DNA of 64,000 nt. It comes from a candidate division FCPU426 bacterium. Its GTDB lineage: Bacteria; Oederibacteriota; Muellerivitia; Muellerivitales; Muellerivitaceae. The stretch is from contig CAVTWJ010000014.1 of assembly GCA_963738405.1 (NCBI GenBank), positions 64,001-128,000 of the forward strand, written 5' to 3'. Under the pieces are notes generated by a model. That model was given only the letters and a program-made list of their open reading frames with translations, had not been told where the DNA came from and made no database searches. Shown one piece after another: positions 9,036 through 19,050 of the stretch. Position 1 is the first letter of the stretch, and the number at the start of each line of letters is the position of its first letter. The position numbers were made by a program, and so were the translations under genes.

Positions 9036-10047
9036 CTCTTAAATCCTCCAGAGTGACCCCGACAATGGGGGCTAAGTCTTGATTCACCTTGATCACGGCA
9101 TTTTTTTTAAGTCCGGCCATCCACTGGTCGAACCTCATATCCTGCTCTTCTTTCATAAGAAAATCATGAATAAGGGGTGCCGCTTCGGCCAGGGTTCGCA
9201 TGCGCCTGGGGCGTTCCTCGATTCTTTGAAACAAATGGTAGCCAAATTCGTCCTTCACCGGTTTGGAAATCTCACCCGCTCCCAGAGCCGTTAAAACGGT
9301 CAGAAAAGCAGCGGGAAGGCGGTCGGTTTGCATCCAGCCCCAATCCCCTCCCTGGGACTTTTCAACCCCCTGGGAGAAGGTCGACGCCACCTTGGCGAAA
9401 TCTTCCCCGCGGCCCAAGCTCAACATGACCTTGTCCAGATCAGCCTTTTTCCTGACCACCAAATGCCGGGCCCGGATCGCGGCAGGGACCCAATAGGCGG
9501 AAAGATGAGACCAGTAATATTCCTCAACCTCGGGGTCCGTCACCTGCACCCGTGAATCCACTTCCTGGGTCACGATCTTCTGGGCCAGTTCTTCCTGGAG
9601 TACCTTGCGTTTCCAGGCTTCCTCGCTGACTCCCTGTGTCTTTAAGAGGGCCCTGTAGTCGTCCGGGATTTCCAGAAGGGCTTTTTGGAAAGCCTCATCC
9701 AGGTCTTTCTGGGTCATCTTCAGGCCCGTCCGCCGGGCCTCTTGCAGCAACAGCTTGCGGTTGATCACCTGTTCGAAAAGCCGGCGCTTGATGGCCCGCA
9801 TGTCGCCTTCGGTCACGGCGCTGTAATGAATTTCCATCAGGCGGAATTCGTTATCGAAAGTTTCCAGGGAGATGGGCTCGCCGTTAACGGTCACCAGGGT
9901 TTTTTCGGGCGGCACCTGGTCGGGTGTTAAATCGACCAGGGGTTCCTTTTGGCAACCGGCCAGAACCGCTAAAATTCCTGCGCTCCAAATCCAGATTCGG
10001 GCCCGGCTTGTCAGCTTTCGATCTTCGATCATTCCAGGCACCCGCAA
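9028..10047 (-). CDS. Parvulin PPIase lipoprotein (SurA/PrsA-like)
   Basis: LAGC lipobox, VNGEPI, ARHLVV, GGDWGW, FGYHL. Confidence 0.9.
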   Translation of the reverse strand: MRVPGMIEDRKLTSRARIWIWSAGILAVLAGCQKEPLVDLTPDQVPPEKTLVTVNGEPISLETFDNEFRLMEIHYSAVTEGDMRAIKRRLFEQVINRKLLLQEARRTGLKMTQKDLDEAFQKALLEIPDDYRALLKTQGVSEEAWKRKVLQEELAQKIVTQEVDSRVQVTDPEVEEYYWSHLSAYWVPAAIRARHLVVRKKADLDKVMLSLGRGEDFAKVASTFSQGVEKSQGGDWGWMQTDRLPAAFLTVLTALGAGEISKPVKDEFGYHLFQRIEERPRRMRTLAEAAPLIHDFLMKEEQDMRFDQWMAGLKKNAVIKVNQDLAPIVGVTLEDLRDE

Positions 10048-10060
10048 TCGGCCCTTGGGA

Positions 10061-10834
10061 CTAGGGCTTGCTATTCGGTTTTGACGCGGGAGAAGCCGAA
10101 GGGGGTTGGCCTAAGGCGCCTTGGTCTTGAAGTAAAGCGCTCGAGGTGGAGAGATTGGTGAGATATTTTTGGATCATATCCTCGTTTTTAACCACCTTGC
10201 TGTCACCCTGGAGCTGGTTCATCAACTTGTCCGCACGAACCCTCAAACGCACTTGATCCCGCACCTTATCGTAGGGCGGCGCCTTCTGCCCGTCTTGTTC
10301 CAATTGTTTGGAATACTTGGCGTAGCGGTCCTTGATCTCCGCCTCGGTCACCGTCACGGTATTAATCTTGCTCGCGGCGAAGGATTGGGCCAGCAGCATT
10401 TGCAGGTAAGAGTCTTTGTATGATTTTTCGAGTCGATTGACCGTTTCCATGTCCTGAACCAGACGGTCCTTGATGTCCTTGATTTGATTGCCCGCTTCCA
10501 GCAGTTTCGTTTTGGAAAGCTCATCAAACTGGGGATCGCTGTAGTGGGCGGCCCGGGCCGCTTCCAAAACCACTTCCTGGTCGATCAGGCTGTCCAATAC
10601 CTCACGCACCGCCTCCGCGTTGTTGGGATCCACGGGCTGGGGGGAGAATACACGCAAGAGGTCCATCTGGTGCATCCAATCGCCGAAGGTGATCTTTTGA
10701 TCCCCTACGGTCGCGACCACTTGGGAATCCGACAGCCCCGACTTGTTGGAGAATTTACTACAGGCCCAGCCGCTCAAAAAAAAGGTTAAGGCGGCGCCAA
10801 GAATAATAAAAAAACGCGCGAGTCGGGAAACCAT
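10061..10834 (-). CDS. SurA N-terminal-domain lipoprotein (no parvulin domain)
   Basis: Lipobox GWAC, VVATVGDQKIT, VLDSLIDQEVVLEAA. Confidence 0.75.
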   Translation of the reverse strand: MVSRLARFFIILGAALTFFLSGWACSKFSNKSGLSDSQVVATVGDQKITFGDWMHQMDLLRVFSPQPVDPNNAEAVREVLDSLIDQEVVLEAARAAHYSDPQFDELSKTKLLEAGNQIKDIKDRLVQDMETVNRLEKSYKDSYLQMLLAQSFAASKINTVTVTEAEIKDRYAKYSKQLEQDGQKAPPYDKVRDQVRLRVRADKLMNQLQGDSKVVKNEDMIQKYLTNLSTSSALLQDQGALGQPPSASPASKPNSKP

Positions 10835-11068
10835 GGGAACTCCTTGAGCGGTTTTACTGGGTGAAAGACGGCGTATCGTAACAAATAGGCTTAGGTCCCG
10901 CAATAGCAGGAAGAAAGGGAAGGGAGATTGGCAAAGGCATTTACCCCGAAGACGCAAAACCATGGCAATGCAAATCCATGTGAGAAAAAGATTTTTCCCA
11001 TCGTCTTCGACAAAATTCCCCGATTGAACGGGGATTATTCTGTGACAAAAACTTTTGGCGGATGCCTT

Positions 11069-11407
11069 TTATTCAGCGGTTTTAGGAGCGGCCGTCTTAA
11101 CCTTGATCTTCTTGTTCTTAACGCGGGCCCTTTTGGTCAGATCGGGTTGATCTTGATCGGGGGACAGCTTTAATGGATTTTCCGCCAGGTAATACTTTTT
11201 GGCGATTTTATCTTCCGCGCTGCGAAAGAGGATAAAAGCGAAGCGGTTTTCGATCTTGCTGATGATCCCAGGTCCCCATTCGGGCCTGACCGGCAATTGA
11301 ACTATTTTACCCAGGTCTTTTTCGTTGATTTGCACGACAGCCTTCCCTTCCACTGGTTGAATGATGTTAATAAGTGTCTGGCAAACTCTTTGTTTTTCAT
11401 CCATCAA
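11069..11407 (-). CDS. DUF3553-like small protein
   Basis: VQLPVRPEWGPGII motif; basic C-terminus. Confidence 0.65.
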   Translation of the reverse strand: MMDEKQRVCQTLINIIQPVEGKAVVQINEKDLGKIVQLPVRPEWGPGIISKIENRFAFILFRSAEDKIAKKYYLAENPLKLSPDQDQPDLTKRARVKNKKIKVKTAAPKTAE

Positions 11408-11408
11408 A

Positions 11409-11450
11409 TAAAAAAGCCCTGTAGCCTAAAAAGCAAGCTACAGGGCTTTT
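11409..11450. terminator. Rho-independent terminator after csp
   Basis: aaaagccctgtagc / gctacagggctttt stem flanked by A/T tracts. Confidence 0.8.
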
Positions 11451-11471
11451 GAGAATCCTGAAAGATCTTGA

Positions 11472-11672
11472 TTAGATCTTAACGACGTTCTCAGCTTTCA
11501 GGCCTTTGTCCCCGCGGGTGACCTCAAACTCAACGCGGTCCCCTTCGTTCAGCGACTTGTAACCCTCGCCTTGAATGGACGAATGGTGCACGAATACATC
11601 CTCGCCACCGTCCTGGGAAATAAAACCAAAACCTTTTTCGTTCTTAAACCACTTCACAGTACCTTGAACCAT
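11472..11672 (-). CDS. cspA: Cold-shock protein
   Basis: GTVKWF, KGFGFI and DVFVHHS RNP motifs. Confidence 0.96.
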   Translation of the reverse strand: MVQGTVKWFKNEKGFGFISQDGGEDVFVHHSSIQGEGYKSLNEGDRVEFEVTRGDKGLKAENVVKI

Positions 11673-11806
11673 TGCTTGAAACCTCAACCTTCTTTTATTT
11701 TTATTCATCCCGTCAAGCTTTAAGGGCCTGAAAGGAGATATCTACAGTACAGGAAAAAGCAAAAATAGGTGAAAAAATCGGTGAAAACAACTTGAAGAGG
11801 GCAAAA

Positions 11807-14800
11807 CTACCCCTTTTGTAGGTCTTTTAGAAGCCGCTCTACCGCCGCTAGACGTTGTTCCTGAGTCTCATCCCCCTTCGCAACCCTAAAGGAAACGGTG
11901 TTTGGATCCTGTGGGGAGAAGCGAATTCGGGAGGGTGGATACTGCTTGAACCATTTCTGGACCCGAGCGGGATCGGGTGAATGACTGGGATGCCATTGAA
12001 GGCTCACCCACCCGCCCTGGGCCTCCAGACGTTGAACGCCTAAGCCTTTGGTCAAGGGACGGAAGGAGGCCACGGTCAGGAGCATCTGTGCCTCCGGAGG
12101 GAGGGGGCCGAATCTATCTTTTAATTCCTCTTCAATCCCTGACAAACTCTCTCCCGCCTCGGCCAGCCGCCGGTAGAACTCGATCTTTAAACCTTCATCG
12201 GGAATATATTCCTTAGGGAAATAAGCCGTAACCCCCAGGGTGAGTTGAGGCGTAAAGTCGTCGGTAAAAGACTCGCCTTTCAAGTGGGCAACTTCCTGAC
12301 TGAGCATGCGGCTGTAAAGTTCAAAACCAATAGCTTCCATGTTGCCGTGCTGCTGGGTGCCCAACACGTTGCCCGCTCCCCGGATTTCCATGTCCTTCAT
12401 TGCGATGTGAAGCCCTGACCCCAGGGAAGAAAATTCCTGTAAGACTTCCAGCCGCTTTTGGGCTAATTCTTTCAGGGTCATGTGGCGGGGATAAAAAAAG
12501 TAAGCGTAAGCCTGACGATCGGTGCGGCCCACCCGGCCCTTCAACTGGTAGAGTTGTGAAAGACCCATGTGATCCGCCCGTTCCACGATCAGGGTATTCA
12601 CGTTGGGCATGTCGAGCCCTGATTCGATGATGGAGGTACAGACCAAGACGTCGTATTCCCGGTCGATGAAATCCATCATGATGGATTCTAGCTCATGTTC
12701 CTGAAGCTGGCCGTGGGCCACGGCAAGTTTGGCCTCGGGCACCACCGCATGGAGATGGTCGGCGATGCGCTCAATATCTTTCACGTGGTTGTGCACGTAA
12801 AAAACCTGGCCCTCCCGGTTGATCTCCCTACGGATGGCTTCCCCCAAAAGCTTGTCGTCCATTGGCGCCACTTGGCTCAAGACCGACATTCGGTTGCGAG
12901 GCGGGGTATCAATCACTGAGATTTCCCGGATTCCAGAAAGGGACATGTGCAAAGTGCGGGGGATAGGCGTGGCGGTCAGGGTCAGCACGTCCACATCTTT
13001 CTTTATGCTTTTCATCTTCTCTTTCTGCGCCACCCCAAAGCGGTGTTCTTCATCAATAACGAGCAAACCCAAATTGGGCAACTTCACATCTTTCATGATG
13101 AGCCGGTGGGTGCCGATGAGGATATCGATCTCGCCTTCTCGGGCCTTATCGAGGGTTTCCTTAATTTCCTTGGGCGAGCGAAATCGAGAAAGCAGGGCAA
13201 TCTTAACCGGATAGTCCGCCATGCGATCCTTGAAGGTGTTGAAATGCTGCTGGGCCAGGATGGTCGTGGGAACAAGCACCGCCACCTGTCTTTTATCCTG
13301 CACCGCTTTGAAGGCCGCCCGCATGGCCACTTCGGTTTTGCCGTAGCCCACGTCGCCGCAAACGAGGCGATCCATGACCCGGTCCGACTCCATGTCCTTT
13401 TTCACATCCACCACGGCCTGGTACTGGCCCGGCGTGAGGGTGTAGAGGAAGGCGTCCTCGAATTCATTCTGCCAGGGGCTGTCCACCGAAAAGGGTTGTT
13501 TGCGCATGGCCTGACGGGTGGAGTAGAGGGCCATCAGTTCCCGGGCCACCGCCTCGATTTCTTTTTTAATCTTGGTCTTGGTACGGCTCCACTGCTCTCC
13601 GCCCAGCTTGGAAAGAACAGGAGAACCTTCGCTTCCTATATAGCGCTGGATGAGTCCGATCTGGTCCGTGGGAAGATATATCTTTTCGTTATCGGCAAAT
13701 TCAAGCTGAATGTAATCGCGTGTCACTTCATCGATGGTGAGGGGGGTCAATCCTCGATAAAGGCAGATGCCGCAGTCCAGATGGACCGCCCAATCGCCCA
13801 GGGATAATTCGTTTAAAGAAGAAAGCGCCTTTCCCCCCGAAACGGTGCGGATGCGCCGATGCCGTCGCCCCCGGTAGCGGCGGAAAAGATCATGATCAGG
13901 AAGAACTTTCAGCCCAATTCCATCCAGAGAAAAGCCCTGTTCCACCTCTCCCAAGGCCAGAAAAAGGGAGGGAGTCCCCTTGGGGTCAATCTTCTCTTCC
14001 CTCAACAACTCCGAAAGCCTTTCCCTTTCCCCCCGGTTATGACACCACAAAACCACCCGCTCGTTACCCGCAATCCACTTCTTAAGATCGTTGATGAAAG
14101 CCCCGAACTTTCCGTAATAGGGATTGAGGCTTCGGGCTTGAAAAGAAAATTCAAAATCAGGCTTTTCCCCTATTAAATCCTGAACGATCTGACCAATGGC
14201 GAAGGCCTTTCCACTTTCAAGGGCCTTTTGAACCGATCGGAGATCGTTGAATAGATGGCGGGCGGGAAAGAGGTCCGATTTTTCCTCACGAGCCTGGCGG
14301 TCGCAGGCGTCGAGCTTGTCTGAAAGCTCCTCATATTTGCGCTCCAGGGCCAGGGGCTCGAGGAGGAGAAGCCGGCTCTTATCCGGCAGGTAATCCAGAA
14401 GGCATTGACGTTCGGGAAGTGCCCCCACCGCCTGCCATTCCCAACCGGGGAAGGTTCGGGTTTGGGTGAAAAGCTCAAGGGCTGAAGTGGCCCAACGGGA
14501 TTCTTCCTTCATCTTTTCCCGAAGGGCAGCTTTTAAATTCTGGCTGGTTTCCGCTTTGACCACCACCTCATGGGCGGGAAATACGTAGACTTCTGATATA
14601 TCCCCCCCGGAGCGCTGGTTGAGGATATTGAGGGGACGAACCGAGACCAGGGTCTCGCCAAAAAACTCGAGCCGGACAGGCCCCGAAGGTGAACCGGGTG
14701 AAGCCAAGTCTAAAATACCGCCCCGCATGGCGAACTGGCCCAATTCCACCACCTGGGTGACCGACTCGTACCCTAAGGCCACCAGTCTTTCCTTTAAATC

Positions 14801-15295
14801 AGATGGAGCGTCCTGATCCTTTCTTAAAACCAGAACCTGGTCCAGCCATTCCGAGGCCGGAAGGGTCTGCTGGAGGGCGCCCTGCAGGGTGGTAATGATG
14901 ACGCAGGCTCCTCCCTGCAGAAGCTGGTAAAAACACCTTTGGCGCTCGCCGATAAGCTCCGGGTCGGGGGTTTCCACGTCCTGCGGCATGATTTCCCAGG
15001 AAGGACAAAGCAGGATGGGAATATCCGGCATCCAGCTAAAAAGGTCATCCTGTAGGCCGAGCGCCTCATCCCGAGTGGGGGTCATGATCAGCCAGGGCTG
15101 GTCTTCCTGGAGATGTTGGTAAAACCACGCCACTAGGAAGGCCTTAGACGACCCGGGTATGCCCTGAAGGAGGGTGCGGGGTTTCATAGACTTCAGAGCG
15201 GCAAGCGATTGCTCCGCCTCAGGCCAATCCAGCTTGGCTAAAACCAGCGGGGAGGTTGGGGTCAAGGGGTTCGGTTTGGAATCGGTTTCCGGCAT
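11807..15295 (-). CDS. mfd: Transcription-repair coupling factor
   Basis: UvrB-like N-terminus, GDVGYGKTEVA, DEEHRFGV, TATPIPRT, TRCF C-terminus. Confidence 0.98.
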   Translation of the reverse strand: MPETDSKPNPLTPTSPLVLAKLDWPEAEQSLAALKSMKPRTLLQGIPGSSKAFLVAWFYQHLQEDQPWLIMTPTRDEALGLQDDLFSWMPDIPILLCPSWEIMPQDVETPDPELIGERQRCFYQLLQGGACVIITTLQGALQQTLPASEWLDQVLVLRKDQDAPSDLKERLVALGYESVTQVVELGQFAMRGGILDLASPGSPSGPVRLEFFGETLVSVRPLNILNQRSGGDISEVYVFPAHEVVVKAETSQNLKAALREKMKEESRWATSALELFTQTRTFPGWEWQAVGALPERQCLLDYLPDKSRLLLLEPLALERKYEELSDKLDACDRQAREEKSDLFPARHLFNDLRSVQKALESGKAFAIGQIVQDLIGEKPDFEFSFQARSLNPYYGKFGAFINDLKKWIAGNERVVLWCHNRGERERLSELLREEKIDPKGTPSLFLALGEVEQGFSLDGIGLKVLPDHDLFRRYRGRRHRRIRTVSGGKALSSLNELSLGDWAVHLDCGICLYRGLTPLTIDEVTRDYIQLEFADNEKIYLPTDQIGLIQRYIGSEGSPVLSKLGGEQWSRTKTKIKKEIEAVARELMALYSTRQAMRKQPFSVDSPWQNEFEDAFLYTLTPGQYQAVVDVKKDMESDRVMDRLVCGDVGYGKTEVAMRAAFKAVQDKRQVAVLVPTTILAQQHFNTFKDRMADYPVKIALLSRFRSPKEIKETLDKAREGEIDILIGTHRLIMKDVKLPNLGLLVIDEEHRFGVAQKEKMKSIKKDVDVLTLTATPIPRTLHMSLSGIREISVIDTPPRNRMSVLSQVAPMDDKLLGEAIRREINREGQVFYVHNHVKDIERIADHLHAVVPEAKLAVAHGQLQEHELESIMMDFIDREYDVLVCTSIIESGLDMPNVNTLIVERADHMGLSQLYQLKGRVGRTDRQAYAYFFYPRHMTLKELAQKRLEVLQEFSSLGSGLHIAMKDMEIRGAGNVLGTQQHGNMEAIGFELYSRMLSQEVAHLKGESFTDDFTPQLTLGVTAYFPKEYIPDEGLKIEFYRRLAEAGESLSGIEEELKDRFGPLPPEAQMLLTVASFRPLTKGLGVQRLEAQGGWVSLQWHPSHSPDPARVQKWFKQYPPSRIRFSPQDPNTVSFRVAKGDETQEQRLAAVERLLKDLQKG

Positions 15296-15517
15296 GAATT
15301 TAGAAGGGCCCTTTCAAGAGATCCGCAAATACAAACAGGGCTTCCCGCGCCCGTAGGGGGCAGAAAACCCGGAAAATGTAAGAAATTGTGCGTGAATCTT
15401 GCCTAGTGGGGGAAGGATTGTCAAGCAAGGTAGAAAAAGGTAAAAAAAAGCCTTCGAGGAAATCCAGCGGGCTTTAGAAGCCGGGCATGATCCGCCCCTC
15501 CTTCAGGAGGGAGAAGG

Positions 15518-15676
15518 TCAACGATCCGGGCTTAAGGACGGAACCAGGGTTAAAAGAAAAATACATTCGGGGCAGGTTAAGAGGTGGTATTCCACCTCAG
15601 CTTTTTCCTTTTCCCCAAGGGTTCCAAGCCTGTATTCATTCAATAGTCTTTTAATTCTCTCGCAATTCTCATCCAT
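15518..15676 (-). CDS. Stand-alone zf-HC2 (ZAS) zinc-finger mini-protein, 52 aa
   Basis: C...HLLTCPEC (HxxxCxxC) motif; GGAG RBS before the ATG. Confidence 0.7.
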   Translation of the reverse strand: MDENCERIKRLLNEYRLGTLGEKEKAEVEYHLLTCPECIFLLTLVPSLSPDR

Positions 15677-15794
15677 AGCTCCCCTCGCTTTCAGTGTCCT
15701 AAAAGGCTTCGTTTCAGGCACTTCATTGATCCAGCGCTTTAAAAACCAAGGCGTCGCTGGCAAGCGGGCGGCTTAGGTTATGAGTATATGAAAA

Positions 15795-15809
15795 GCATCA
15801 TCCATGCCA
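15795..15809 (-). promoter_or_regulatory. Sigma54 -24/-12 promoter
   Basis: Minus strand TGGCATGGATGATGC = GG-N10-GC, in an AT-rich intergenic region. Confidence 0.65.
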
Positions 15810-16010
15810 AAACAAGGTGAAGGTGTAACATTAAAACAGCCATTATTTAAGGATTTCTAAGCATTTGGGGGAAGGTAACGGTTTAACCCGCACAATAGTT
15901 TACCGTTATGAGCCAATAATTTGCCATTTTAGTTAAATGTTTTACGTTAAAACCAAATTCAGGATTCAATATGCCTTTTAATTGGCTAGATAAAAGCTTT
16001 ATTAAGAGAA

Positions 16011-16679
16011 TCAAAAAGTCAGAAATTGACTCGAAAAATGGAATAAGACCAGGGCACTACTAATGGCCAGGGCAGAGCCAATAGGAACCGTAAGGTTATC
16101 ATCCAAATCAAACGAAAAAAGTTCGACCAGGGCCCCGGCCAAGGCCCCAAAAACCGCGACCCTAAAATCTCCCAACAAAGCGAATGCCACAGTAAAAGCT
16201 ACTAAAAAGAAGGAAAGGCTTCCCTCCAATGAGCGTTCAAAGATTTTCATTCGACCGAAGTTTTTTCCGCCTAATTCAGCCGCCGCGTCACCCAAAGAGA
16301 GAAAAAGCATCGCTGTCACCGCCACAGGCCTGGAAAAAAAATAAATCACAATAAAAAATGCCAACAAAAGAAAGGTGGAGCCGTTCAACCGATTAGTTTC
16401 GGTCTGACGGATTAAAAACGAAAATTGAGCCATGAATTGCGAATTAAACCGGCGATCCGCAAGACGGAACAGGTCAAAACAAAGCGAGGCCAAAAAACAA
16501 ACCCCCGAAAACCAAAGCAAGAAAACCCTTGCCTGAGATGGGAGTGAATGCGCCGGGGGATAAAGATATAAAAGAGGAAAAAGGGAGGAAGCCAAGACGT
16601 GGAAAACCTTCCTAAACCCCTGGAAGGGTTTTCGAATGGCGGGTTGAGATCCTAAGGTGTTGATGCTGGCGTCGATCAA
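16011..16679 (-). CDS. CTP-dependent diacylglycerol/polyprenol (phytol/dolichol) kinase family
   Basis: RKVFH, GDAAAELGG, SLEGS and DDNLTVP motifs; multi-TM. Confidence 0.88.
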   Translation of the reverse strand: MIDASINTLGSQPAIRKPFQGFRKVFHVLASSLFPLLYLYPPAHSLPSQARVFLLWFSGVCFLASLCFDLFRLADRRFNSQFMAQFSFLIRQTETNRLNGSTFLLLAFFIVIYFFSRPVAVTAMLFLSLGDAAAELGGKNFGRMKIFERSLEGSLSFFLVAFTVAFALLGDFRVAVFGALAGALVELFSFDLDDNLTVPIGSALAISSALVLFHFSSQFLTF

Positions 16680-16810
16680 ACAGATCCCCTTCGTTTACGA
16701 TATTTCGAAATTAACAGTTTCTCAGCCCTTTGGAAACGATTGAGGCTGCTTTAATACCCTATCCGAAACCAGCGAATATGAACCGGAGGCGATCTTAACA
16801 GGTATCCCTT

Positions 16811-17305
16811 CTACCATTCATCCATCGTTGAGCGCTGGGGAAAAATCCTTTGCTCTTCCAAAAACTTGGACCGGCGTTGCAACGCTTCCGTCACCTTGTC
16901 CTTCATGCTTTTAAGCTTGAAAGGTTTGGCCAGGTAATCGCAGGCCCCCCTTTTCAAGGCTTCGATACCGACTGAAAAAGACCCATAGGCCGTCATGAGA
17001 ATAACGAATATTCGCTTATCCCTCAATTTCAGGTATTGGAGCAATTCCAACCCCGTCATTTCGGGCATTCTTAAATCGACCAAGGCCAAATCGTAGGCGT
17101 TCTTTCTCTGCAACGCGATGGCTTGCGTGGCGCTTTGCGCGATATCGACCCGGTATCCTGATTGGCCGAGGCTGGTTTGAATCATCTTGGCGAAATCAAT
17201 TTCATCGTCTACGACCAACAGCCTAGCCTTAGACCCCGATTTGGATCGCGACTTGGGCCGCGTTTTTTTCGCAGGGGCCCTTTTTGCTTTTGGCGAAAAA
17301 CCCAT
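16811..17305 (-). CDS. Response regulator (receiver domain only)
   Basis: LVVDDE, DLRMP, MTAY and KPF motifs. Confidence 0.93.
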   Translation of the reverse strand: MGFSPKAKRAPAKKTRPKSRSKSGSKARLLVVDDEIDFAKMIQTSLGQSGYRVDIAQSATQAIALQRKNAYDLALVDLRMPEMTGLELLQYLKLRDKRIFVILMTAYGSFSVGIEALKRGACDYLAKPFKLKSMKDKVTEALQRRSKFLEEQRIFPQRSTMDEW

Positions 17306-17307
17306 AA

Positions 17308-18708
17308 TCAGGAATCCTTTCCGTCTGTGCGGCCATTATAGCCCAAAAGACCCTCATCCATCCCTTTCTGGGCGGATAAACCCTCCGCTGGGAAAAGAAT
17401 GGTAAAGCAAGCCCCCTCTCCGGGCCTGCTTTCCACCGATAGGGTGCCGCGGTGCTCGTCTACGACCCTTTTGACGATAGCGAGTCCCAAACCCGTCCCC
17501 TTGCCGAAACCCTTCGTGGAATAAAAAGGTTCGAAGATTCGTTTCAAATCTTTCAACGGAATGCCTTTGCCCGTGTCCCTTACCGTCACTTTAATTTCAC
17601 CCCTTTGATCCGCCGCGCTTAACCGCATGGGCCGAAATTGAAACTTCGCGGTCAGTGTAATCAATCCCCCGGGTCCAATAGAATCCAGAGCGTTTTCCAA
17701 AAGATTCAAATGGGCTTGAAAAAGACCCTCCGTATAGGCCATCAAATGGGGAAGCTTGGGATCCACATCCAAAATCAACTTTGCTTCTTTCTCTTTCAGC
17801 TTAGGTTGGATGGCCTGCACCGCAGCCTGAAGGATTTGCGAAAAGTTGACCGGCTTGACCTCGGAGAGGCTTTGCCGGGAGTAATCAAGCACATCCCGTA
17901 CCGTATGGATGGCCCGTTGGACAAATTGATCGATTTGGGCCAATTGCTTATAGGTTTTGCTGTCCTTGCGCGTCTCCCCCATCAAGAGTTCTAGATTTCC
18001 TGAAATCAGTCCTAGGGGTGTGTTGACCCCGTGGGCTATACGACCCGTCAATTCGCCCATTTGAATAAAATGGCGCTTTTGTTCCAAGGATTTTTCCCGC
18101 GTTCGAATCCGCTCTTCCCTTGACCAAACTTGCCGCATCAGGACAAAACACAGCACGGTCGTCATCACCAGGAAAAACTCCCAACGGATTCCCTGATGTA
18201 AATAAGCAGCGCGCCGAAATTCGAGGGTTGATTTTTCTAAGATCCCAGAAAAGGGGTTGATGTCCCCCGCGTCAAAAACTAGGGGAAGCCTCCAGGCGTA
18301 ATCCAGGTATAGGGTACCGACACAAACGATTAAAACCCAAGCTACCACCCAGACGGCCCTTTTGGGAGGCAGGGTCATCAGGGCCGCGACCAGAATCAAA
18401 AGAAAAATGGGCATGTAGTTGCTGACTGGCCCACCCGAAACCGAGATCCATAAACCGGCTAGGAAGGTGTCGACCACCATCACAGCCGGAAGAAGCAAGC
18501 CGATGATCCGCCGCATTCCCCCCAAGGCTAAAAACACCAAACTCAAGGCCATAGCTAAAAGAAGAATGTCCCACCCCGCCTCCACTGAAACGGATTGGGT
18601 TCGGGACCCCTCCCCAAGCCACAACAAAAGGATTAATAGGCTCAAGCAAAGTGTGCGGGCCCGAAGAAGATATCGGAACGATTGGCTTTCTGTTTCGATG
18701 GAAGACAA
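17308..18708 (-). CDS. Membrane sensor histidine kinase
   Basis: IAHGVNTPL H-box, NLLENA, DTGKGI, FEPFYSTK, GTGLGL. Confidence 0.95.
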   Translation of the reverse strand: MSSIETESQSFRYLLRARTLCLSLLILLLWLGEGSRTQSVSVEAGWDILLLAMALSLVFLALGGMRRIIGLLLPAVMVVDTFLAGLWISVSGGPVSNYMPIFLLILVAALMTLPPKRAVWVVAWVLIVCVGTLYLDYAWRLPLVFDAGDINPFSGILEKSTLEFRRAAYLHQGIRWEFFLVMTTVLCFVLMRQVWSREERIRTREKSLEQKRHFIQMGELTGRIAHGVNTPLGLISGNLELLMGETRKDSKTYKQLAQIDQFVQRAIHTVRDVLDYSRQSLSEVKPVNFSQILQAAVQAIQPKLKEKEAKLILDVDPKLPHLMAYTEGLFQAHLNLLENALDSIGPGGLITLTAKFQFRPMRLSAADQRGEIKVTVRDTGKGIPLKDLKRIFEPFYSTKGFGKGTGLGLAIVKRVVDEHRGTLSVESRPGEGACFTILFPAEGLSAQKGMDEGLLGYNGRTDGKDS

Positions 18709-18717
18709 GGGAGCTCC

Positions 18718-19050
18718 TTATGAGCGAACCCGGGAAAGGCTTTCCCGGACCCATTTGGAATAAGCGGTGGAAACCTTTTGAGTCGGCAGGGCTAAAATCT
18801 CACAAACGCTGTAGGGATGGTGCGCCCTCACCCATTTTTCCAGGCCAGGCCATTTCGAAGGCATTGTCTTTACGATAAGCATCTCTTCTTGTGCGGTTTC
18901 AATCTTTCCCTTCCACCAATATCGGCTAGCTAATCCAGGAATCCGGTTAACACAGGCGGCCCATCTTCCCTTCAAAAGCCCCAAAGAAAGTTGCTCACTG
19001 GTTTTCCGATCCGGTGTAGTAATAAAAACGATTAAAACGGTTCGACTCAT
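18718..19050 (-). CDS. cutA: Divalent-cation tolerance protein CutA
   Basis: AACVN, SRYWWKG and HPYSVCEI motifs. Confidence 0.92.
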   Translation of the reverse strand: MSRTVLIVFITTPDRKTSEQLSLGLLKGRWAACVNRIPGLASRYWWKGKIETAQEEMLIVKTMPSKWPGLEKWVRAHHPYSVCEILALPTQKVSTAYSKWVRESLSRVRS

